Positions 34,471 to 43,400 of a stretch of DNA of 56,909 nucleotides are shown here, in pieces. This stretch comes from a virus. Taxonomy: Duplodnaviria; Caudoviricetes. The translations under genes were made by a program, and so were the position numbers. Below the pieces are notes generated by a model. It had not been told where the DNA came from. It ran no database searches and saw nothing but the letters and a program-made list of their open reading frames with translations. The stretch is from IMG/VR virus record IMGVR_UViG_3300043416_000094, positions 1 through 56,909 of that record. The stretch is one strand, 5' to 3'. The first letter of the stretch is position 1; every line of letters starts with the position of its first letter.

Positions 34471-37449
34471 ATGGACATGCTGTCCTTTTTCCAGACGATA
34501 GTACCGTCTGATGGATTCAAATACCTTGTCGAGATCATTCCCGGCAACAAGAAGCACCACTATCCGTTTGCTACATACGAAGAAATGACCGAGAAAGCCG
34601 CCGAGATGGTGGCTGAAGGTAAGTCGTTCTACTACGCTTGCTCGTCGTACATAGAGATCAAGTACAACGAATGGGGTCACCCAGTTGGACGAACTCAAGA
34701 TAATGTTAAGTTTGTCAAGGCTCTGTGGCAGGACTTGGATGTAGGCAAGATAGACAAGAAAACGGGCGAGTTACGGCCAAACAACTACGCATCTAAGAAA
34801 GATGCGGTGGCTGCTATCAAAAACGTGATGGAAGCTACGGGGTTACCCAAGCCGCTGCTAGTTGATTCGGGCAATGGGTATCACTGCTACTGGCCGTTTG
34901 AAGAGGCTATTTCTCCGGTTGAGTGGAAAGAGATTGCACTGCTGGCTAGAATTGCTATGACCCATGCAGGGTTTATGGCTGACACTTCCCGCGACGTAGA
35001 CTCTGCATCCATACTGCGCCCAGTTGGTAGTTTCAACGGCGACAACGAAGTGGTAGTGCTGCGGGAGCAAGAACCAAAATCCCATAATTTCTACCGTGAG
35101 TTGTTTGTTCGGTACATTGACAAGCACAACTTATCAGCCCCAACTGCCAAGCCGGTGTTTGAGAACGAATTTGCCGGTGCGCCTATGGAGTTTCCTCCAT
35201 CCAGCATGGCGCTTATTGCTGAGCGATGCAATCAGATTCAGATTTTCCGAGACACTGGCGGTGCTTCTGAACCGATATGGCGACTCAATCTTGGTGTAGC
35301 TAAGCACTGCACTGATGGAGAGGAACTTGCTCACTCTTGGGGAGAGCAGTATCCCGGCTACACATACGAGGAAACTCAGAACAAGATAGAACGCTGGAAC
35401 GCTGGGCCGACTACCTGCGAACGGTTTACTGCCGAGAACGCCAGCGGCTGCGCCGGTTGTGCCTTTGCCGGTTCAATCAAGAGTCCGATTCAGCTTGGCT
35501 ACGCCATAGAAACGAAGCCGCCCGAGATCACAGTCGTGGAACCGGATGGTTCAGTCAATACCGCATCCATACCTAACTGGCCTAGGGGTTTCCGAGTAAC
35601 TAAGTCCGGTGTCATGCAGATCATGGTTCCTGACAAGGACAATGTACCGCAGCCTATACGAGTAGCAGAACCGTTGTTCTATCTGAGCGAACGCATCAAG
35701 GCAGACGATGGAACTTTTGTATACACCGTAAGAATGAACGTGAAAGGTGGCAACAACGGAGAATGGCGCGACTTTGAGATGCCAGCCAAGAACATAGCTG
35801 AAATGCGCTCCCTAAAATCCGTCCTTGCCTCATACGAAATCGTGTCCTACAACGACAAATTCCTAGAGATGTACGTTAAAGAGTACTCGGTATCCATCCG
35901 TAAGTACGCTGACGAGATCAACACATTCAAGCAATTTGGCTGGAACAAGGATCGAACTGGCTTCTTGATTGGAAACTCTCTTGTATGCAAGGATCACCGT
36001 ACCGAAGTTCGGATCAGCAATGACGTTATCCGTGACCCCCGACTGTTGACCGCTGGAGAAGTCAGAGGCGGTAAGCAAGAGTGGGCAGATGGCGTCAATA
36101 CCCTGTACAACCGGGAGCACGGAGAACCTTGGCAGTACACGATCTGCACGGCATTCGGTGCGCCACTTATGGCACTGCTTGACTATGACGAGTGGAATGG
36201 CATTCCATTGGCGTTGACCAGTGAGGGATCAGGATATGGCAAGACAACGGTATCCAAGATAGCCATCAACAGCATAAGCAAGGCGGGGATTACAACGGTA
36301 GCTGATACGTCAGCCAAAGGCATCATCGGCAGGGCAAGCATTATGAACAACCTGCCCATGCTAGTTGACGAGATAACCTACTCGCTGCCCAATCCCGACG
36401 ATATTGCGTACGTCGCGTACTCTTTGTCTAACGGGCGTCCAAGAGTGGGTATGACGGGTGACGGTAGGGAACGAGTCCCACTCCCGCCGTACAAGCTAGG
36501 TTCGATCTTGACTGGCAACAAGAACTTGTACAACTTAGTGACTCTAGCCAAAGTCAACCCGGAAGCAATTCAAATGCGCCTATTTGAAGTTGTCATGGAA
36601 GACTACCCAAGGATGGACTCGTTGGAAGCGGAGTCGGAGATACATGCCAAGCACCACGAACTTGCACTGCATCTAGTGGATAACGTGCATGGGGTGTTCG
36701 CGGATGACTATTTCAACTACATCATAGCTAACATGCCAGCAGTTAAAGATAAGTTGCATAAGACGGCTATGGCATTGGTCAAACTGCTAGGCGGTAACGC
36801 TGCCAAGGAACGGTTCTACGCATACCATGTAGCCTGTACTCTGGTTGGTGGTTTTATTGCCAAGCAGATTGGTGCGGTATCGTTTGATCTGAACAACTTA
36901 AAGCACTGGTCGTTGGAACACATTGAGCGTCTGCGTGGTGTAGCTAGGCTTTACAGCGAGAACGTGGAAGACAATCTGTCCGGCCTATTGTCCGAGTTGC
37001 ACGGCACTATCCTTGTTACTCGCCACTTTGACCTGCTCGATACTAAGTCTGGCGTTACTGAAATGCCTATGCTCCCGATTCGGGAGGGTGTAACTGCACG
37101 GTTAGTACTTGGCTCAGACCGGGAACCGGGAAAGCTATTCATCTCGGTAGCTGCAATAGACGAGTGGTGCGTAAAGAACTCGCGGTCTTCCGTTCAGTTC
37201 AAACGGCAGCTTGCTTCCGCTGGAATGCTCAAGACTGGCGGGGATCAGGGCAAAGGGTTCGACAAGAAGATCAGTATCAGTAAGGGCGTACCGTCTCACC
37301 CACTCGGTAGATGCCGTTGCGTAGAACTTGACTACTCTGTAGCACAGGGTTACGTAGACGAGTTCGTGAACATCAACAATGTCGTAGAGTTCAAGCGCCC
37401 GTTAGCAGAAGACGACTCATCATCCCCAACCAACGGCGCTAAAATTTAG
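34471..37449 (+). CDS. Primase-helicase (AEP/RepB-like primase, Cys cluster, DUF927-like P-loop domain)
   Basis: WQDLDVG, DSGNGYHCYW, ILRP, C..F....C..C, QFGW, GSGYGKTT and LVDE motifs. Confidence 0.88.
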   Translation: MDMLSFFQTIVPSDGFKYLVEIIPGNKKHHYPFATYEEMTEKAAEMVAEGKSFYYACSSYIEIKYNEWGHPVGRTQDNVKFVKALWQDLDVGKIDKKTGELRPNNYASKKDAVAAIKNVMEATGLPKPLLVDSGNGYHCYWPFEEAISPVEWKEIALLARIAMTHAGFMADTSRDVDSASILRPVGSFNGDNEVVVLREQEPKSHNFYRELFVRYIDKHNLSAPTAKPVFENEFAGAPMEFPPSSMALIAERCNQIQIFRDTGGASEPIWRLNLGVAKHCTDGEELAHSWGEQYPGYTYEETQNKIERWNAGPTTCERFTAENASGCAGCAFAGSIKSPIQLGYAIETKPPEITVVEPDGSVNTASIPNWPRGFRVTKSGVMQIMVPDKDNVPQPIRVAEPLFYLSERIKADDGTFVYTVRMNVKGGNNGEWRDFEMPAKNIAEMRSLKSVLASYEIVSYNDKFLEMYVKEYSVSIRKYADEINTFKQFGWNKDRTGFLIGNSLVCKDHRTEVRISNDVIRDPRLLTAGEVRGGKQEWADGVNTLYNREHGEPWQYTICTAFGAPLMALLDYDEWNGIPLALTSEGSGYGKTTVSKIAINSISKAGITTVADTSAKGIIGRASIMNNLPMLVDEITYSLPNPDDIAYVAYSLSNGRPRVGMTGDGRERVPLPPYKLGSILTGNKNLYNLVTLAKVNPEAIQMRLFEVVMEDYPRMDSLEAESEIHAKHHELALHLVDNVHGVFADDYFNYIIANMPAVKDKLHKTAMALVKLLGGNAAKERFYAYHVACTLVGGFIAKQIGAVSFDLNNLKHWSLEHIERLRGVARLYSENVEDNLSGLLSELHGTILVTRHFDLLDTKSGVTEMPMLPIREGVTARLVLGSDREPGKLFISVAAIDEWCVKNSRSSVQFKRQLASAGMLKTGGDQGKGFDKKISISKGVPSHPLGRCRCVELDYSVAQGYVDEFVNINNVVEFKRPLAEDDSSSPTNGAKI

Positions 37450-40400
37450 TCTTCCGCCCCCCGCTGCAGCTTGGCTTCACGTTTCTTGGCTGTGGCGGGG
37501 TACTTAAGCAGGTTACTGATCGGCTGTCTCTTCAATTCGTCGGGCCGGTCATTGAAGTACTGACGCAGGTTGTCTTTACCTGACTGCAAGTCTCTCCATT
37601 CTTCGCGCAAGTCGCTCATTACGTCGCTGTCACCGTCCTTGTACGCACGATAGTATGCGTGCTCAATCTCGGTAGTACGATCTTTGTAAAACTTTTTGAT
37701 CTCGTACTGTTGACCGCGAACCCAGTTCATTTCCGTCATTTGGGAACTGGGAATGCCGACTGCTTCTAGCGCCAGTGCCGCCCCACTAATATCCTCGGGG
37801 CGGAACATTACATCCCCATTCTTCAGTGTGTAGCCTTCGTTCCCAAGACGGAACGACTTCAGTGCATTCTCGACACCTTTGGGCATAAACTTTTCGACGC
37901 CCTTGTAGTAATCTCCGTTTGCAATGTAGCCGATGCCGCTGCCAAACTTGCCAATTTGTGAGAACGCAGGGCCAGCCAGACTAGCTGCAGTTTGTGCAAT
38001 CTCGTTGGTTCCGTTGAACTTCCACTCCCCATACGGCATGATCGAGAAAATCTTGTCGTCCCCCAGCTTGCCTGATAGATTAAACCCGAGGTACGCAGGA
38101 ACTCCATACAGGAGGAGCTTAGCCAAGTCCTCATCCTTAATCGTCTCACGCAAGTACCGTTCAAGGTCTTCCGGTTCATCCCCACCCCCAAACATGCCAA
38201 ACACAATGGCCGCAAGGTTCATCATTGGCCAGCCAATTGCGCCAGCAGCTACACTGGTGTGGAACAATTTGTACGCCAACATCCTACGACCGATTTTTCT
38301 AGTGTTGACGTCAGCCCCACGGAACGCATCGTTGAACGCTTTGACGTAGAGCGCAGCCATCATAAACTGGAACTTCCGGTACATCGTTACTACCTTTGGA
38401 AGCTTCTTCAACAAGAGCGGCGCACCAGTTCGGGACATATCCCCCTGCGTGGTTTGCAGCAGATTGATTGCGTACTGCTGAGCCTGTGCCGTAGTCCGAT
38501 TAGCTTTGAGCGCCATGTTGTAGCCAGCTGCCGCTGCCGAAATCCGGTTCGCCGTCTCCACTGCGCGAGATACTTTACGCAACTGATGCAGGGCGTTACG
38601 AGCCAGTTTGGAAGACTTGTCAATTGCCTCTATGCCAGTCGTAAGTTTTTCAAATTGAGATATGTCCTCGTCCATGCCAACGTCGAGAATTTTCATATCC
38701 GCTGCTTTTTGCAGTGCAGCACGAAGCCCAACGTCCTTGACTTTGGACAGGTCAATATTTCCCCACATCTCAACTTGCTTGACCAGTTTGTAGCCATCCA
38801 TCAGTGCCGACCAAGCACCGGGGTAATCATTGAAGTCAGACGCCAACTTCGGAATCGACACCATTATTCCCTGAGTAGCGTTGGTCAGATGGTAACCAAG
38901 ACTTGTAGCCAACTGCCAAGCCGATGTTCCAGCTACAAGGCGATCCTGCCAAGGGGTTTCTTTGAAGTCTAAGTTGGCAGCGTAGTGCTGGGCAATCAGG
39001 TTCACTTCATCTTGAGAAACGCGCTTACCGGACACTTGGTCTTTGGCTTGATCCTGCATCTTGATGAAGGCGTCGTTTATATCCTTACCATGTTTCATGT
39101 TGGAGATGAAACCGGCTTCCGACTTGGCATGCGACAGGAAAGAACGGATCATGTCCTGATCGAAACCGGCACGGTTCAAACGGCGAAGCCCAGAAGTTCT
39201 AGCGTTTTGCTCGTCTAGTGCTTGGAAGTAGAGTTCTTGGACGATGCGCTCCATTGCATCCCTTGCCCCTTTCGGGACTTTACTATCCATGCTAACTGCC
39301 GACAGTACTTTCTGCAGCACGTTGACAGGGAGAACTCTACCTTCATTGACGCGCTCAGACTTCTCAAAGGCATCGGCCATGTCAAACGAACCGCCGTTAA
39401 CTTTGTCGTTGGCTTGAGCAAATTGCTTGGCTTGGCCGATAGTGTCAAAGTAGGACACCACGTAGTCGTTGGAAGAACCCTTCAACGTCTCTACAGCTTT
39501 GCGATTGGCGGCGTTGTTATCTTGCGCAGCAGCAGCTTCAGCTTTACGCAGGGCGTCCGACTTGAGCACCGCAACGTAATTACCAAAACGTTTGAGCGGA
39601 GCATACGGGCCAACCAGTTTTCCGCCAGTGTTCAAAACGCCGGTCAAACCAAGCTGTTTCAGCGTCTCTTGCTTGAGCAAACTCATCTTTTCGCCGTGGG
39701 CAAACACCGACTTAACCACGTTCTGCTCGGCTAGAGTCAGTTTGGCAAAGTCTGCTGCCATGCCCGGATCAACCACCACCTGTCTGTTGGCAAATTTGGG
39801 ATCGTAGCCCCACTTCTGATCAAACGTAGACTTAGCTAAGAACGAGTTGACCTTATCCGTGCCACCTTTAATGCTGTTAGCGGCAACAGCAATTGTTTCG
39901 GCTTCCTTTTCCAAACGACCGCGAGTAGCAATTGACTCTTGCAGGGAGTCATACCACTGGCCAATCGCAGGTACTTTGGGAGTCAGACGCCCAACTAGAT
40001 CGTGCAGGAACTCCAGTTGACCAACCAAATTCTTGGCCATGTGAGTTGCGTTATCGACAACCATCTCACCCTGTTTTCCAGCAATACGGGATACCGCATC
40101 ACGAACCCCAATGGAGTACTGAAGTTTAGCTTGCTTAGCTGCGGGAGAGTTATCACTGTCAAGAGCGATACCGGCTGCACCGTAAGTGTAGTCAACCAAG
40201 TCCTGTACGGTTAACTTCTTGCCGCGAGACAGGCGACTAGAGATAGCAGCTAGAACAAACTCAGCCAAGTCCTTAAGCCATTTGCCCACTTTGGACACGG
40301 AACCGGGGGTAACTCCAGCGTTGACAGCTTCCTCTGTTGCATACGCAACCAACTCTGCGTTAGAGGTTTCACCGGCACTTTGCATACGAGCTACGGTTGC

Positions 40401-43400
40401 ATCGTATATCTGACGCTCAAGCGACCCGGACTTAGCAGTTGCCCACGATTTAACTTGTGAGGCAAGCTGGTTTTCTGCCTTGGTGCTGAGTCCAAGGTGC
40501 GCTCCAACTTCGTGCATGAACACCGAACGCTCTTGACCAACCGGAATGTTCCCAGCAATCAGGTACGCACGGCCACCATCAAACAGACCTTGAGTGCGCC
40601 AGATATTGGCGCTGCGCTGCTTGTCGCTTTCGGCTTTGTCTCGTACAGACTTTGGAAGATCAGCGTAGGACTGAACGATAGTTACCTTGTTCTTCAGCAT
40701 CTGCGGAGTAAAGAACCATTCCTGCAGGGCTTTCATCGTTGCATCTACGGTTGAGCCATCCAGCACTGAATCTTGGACACTGGCTTTCAGTTGTTCGGAA
40801 TTTGGAATAGCTGCCTTTTCTTCCCTAGCGTACTTGTTAGAACCCCAAGATACGTTGGAGGCAGAGTTGTTCAACCCACCAAAAGTAACGTCAACCGATT
40901 CAGTCAGCCCCTGAGTTGCTTCCGGGAACATCTGCTCAACCGTCATGGTCTCTGGCATAACAACAACAGTGCTGTCGCCAGTAAAGTTCTTGGCAATTAT
41001 GCTGTCGTAGAACTCGTTGGTTACATTTATGCAACCGTAGCTAACGCGGTTATCTGTAGCGGTTTCTGTGGCAAGGCGCTCACCGCGTTTCTCTGTAGCA
41101 CTACCAAGATACACACGATGTATAGCAAGCCAAGAGTTTTTGTTTTCTTTGAACCCAAGGCTTGTACCATAGGCAGCGTCTTTGCCAAACGTGCCAGCAA
41201 ACTTACCAGCTGGAGTGATTTTCTCTCCACGCTTGGTGCTCTCCAAAGTACCTTCCGGGTTCAACTTAACGTCGCCCATGTCAGCACCGTACAGTGCTGG
41301 TGCTTTGGCAAGCAGTTCACCTTTACCGTCAAAGGCATATACCAAACCGTTGGGCTTGTCCGCAATCATAAACGGGTTGCCCTTGGACTGCCGTGTCTGC
41401 CAATCAGCTACCAATCGAACGTCAGCTGCAGCTGCAACACCTTTGAAATCAGCAACAGGGTTGTTAATAGTACGGGTAACGGTTACTTTGTTAACCGGAA
41501 CGGTAGCATCTGCGTTAGAGATTGGGTTGGCGTTCATCAAGTTAACTGTTACGGCAATAGCCATTAGACCGCTAACAGCAGAAACCAACAGCTTCTTGAA
41601 CAACGCTTCTAGTTCGTGGTAGACCTTTCCACCAGCTTGCAGCCACTTAGCGTAGTCATTCAAGAACGCTCGTTTGGTTGCCTTGCCGTACCCGTCTTCT
41701 AGGTTGTAGAAGTCAGTTGCTTGCTGCTTTTCTTTTGAGTTAAGCGCAGTATCAACAGCGGCTTTTGCTTGTTGCGTCAAAGACTTAGCATTGGCAACTT
41801 GCTCGTCAGTTACCGTCAGGAACAGTTGCTCAGCCAGTTGATGTGGAGTTTCCGGTACAACAGAGTACTCACCCTCAATAGCCGGATTAGGTACAGCTTT
41901 GCCGCTCTTAGTAGGCATTAAGTAATTGACCATCAACTCGGCATCTACTCGGCCATCAGGCATAAGAGCAGAACGCGGCGAACCAAATCGCTGCCACACG
42001 GACTTCATTATGTCCGGATTGTTTATCAGTATCACTGCCACTGCGTGAGCCGAATCAAGGTTACCGCCCATTACTTCAGGCAATTCTTTTTCGATAGAGG
42101 CAGCAGCTTCAGAACGACGTTGTGAATCCGCTTCAAATTTACGTTGTTCAGCAAGGCGGTTCTCACGACGGCGACGCAGCATTTCATCTGCGTTCTTTAT
42201 ATCAGCTGCGCTAAGTTCGCCAACTGATGCACGGCCATGCAAAAACAACCGTTGCGCGTTATTAAATTGATCGTAGTCGCGGTGTAGGTCTTTGACCTTT
42301 GCAGTTACATCGTCTACTTCTTTGGTGCTAAGTTTAGCTACAGCAGAGTCAATTTCTTTTTTGGTCTGCTTATCGTCAAGAGCAAGCACTGCACCGCCAG
42401 AGTCCATAGACTGACGAACGGTTACTCCACCACTCTCCAAGGCTTGATCAACAATCTCGTCTGTTGAACTGCCCATCTCAGCGGAGCCTTCCAGCACACT
42501 GTCGTACTCTTCTTGTAGCGCCTTATCCTCAGTGTAAGTCTCTCCAAACACCGCTTGATTTATGTCATTGATAAGTTTGCGCTCATACGAGTACCCATAC
42601 TCTCCAAGTATTTTGTTCCACGTTACGTGGCTGGCAGCTTTCTTTACTGGGTTTGCAACCACTTCACCAAACAAGTCCGTAGCGTTTTCTTCGGTAACTT
42701 CTGCGCTCAGTGAATTGGCTATGCCACGCAGCGACTCCCCAGCCAAGAACATTTCTATTGCTTCTCGGTGGATGTCGTTATCAATATCTTCAGGCGCAAC
42801 TTGCTCTTCGGCTACAAACGAACTGATAGGCGCACTGCGCTTAACAATCTTGATTTCTCCACCAAACATATCCTTGACGATTTGGCTATTGGCTTTGTTA
42901 ACAGTAACGTCACCAATCTTTGAAGCCGTAAGTGGAGTTGTCTTAGCAGCAATTTGGAACCGGGCTTCCTTAAATGCTTTTTCGTACAAAGACTCAGGAA
43001 ATACATCTGCTGCACCCAGCTGCTTACGTACGTTAGCAAGGGCTGCTTTGAACTCAAGGTATCCTAGTTTGATTAGCCCTTCAAACAGCTTAACCAACAG
43101 CGGCAGCACTTTTTTCTGCTGCACTGGCAGCATGTTCAACCGAGTATTTTTTGAAGCAAGGTCTGCAAGTTGAGCAAGAGCGTCCGATATATCAGCTTTT
43201 GCTTGCGCTATTTCATCTTCGGTGGTTGATACGGCTTGTGTTGCTTGAGCGCTGCCACCGGTCTTTGACTCTTGATTGGATACATTTTCGGCTTGCTGGT
43301 CTTCATTCCGCCCCGTACGTACGCCTTCACCAATGTTGCCATTTGCACTCCTTAGATTTAGATATAGGGCAAGAACCTCGTTGTCTGCGTTTCTATCTTC

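Noticed and set aside
17178-37449. Alternative genetic code or stop-codon recoding
   Set aside because: Genes are full-length and tightly packed under the standard code, and all three stop codons are used.
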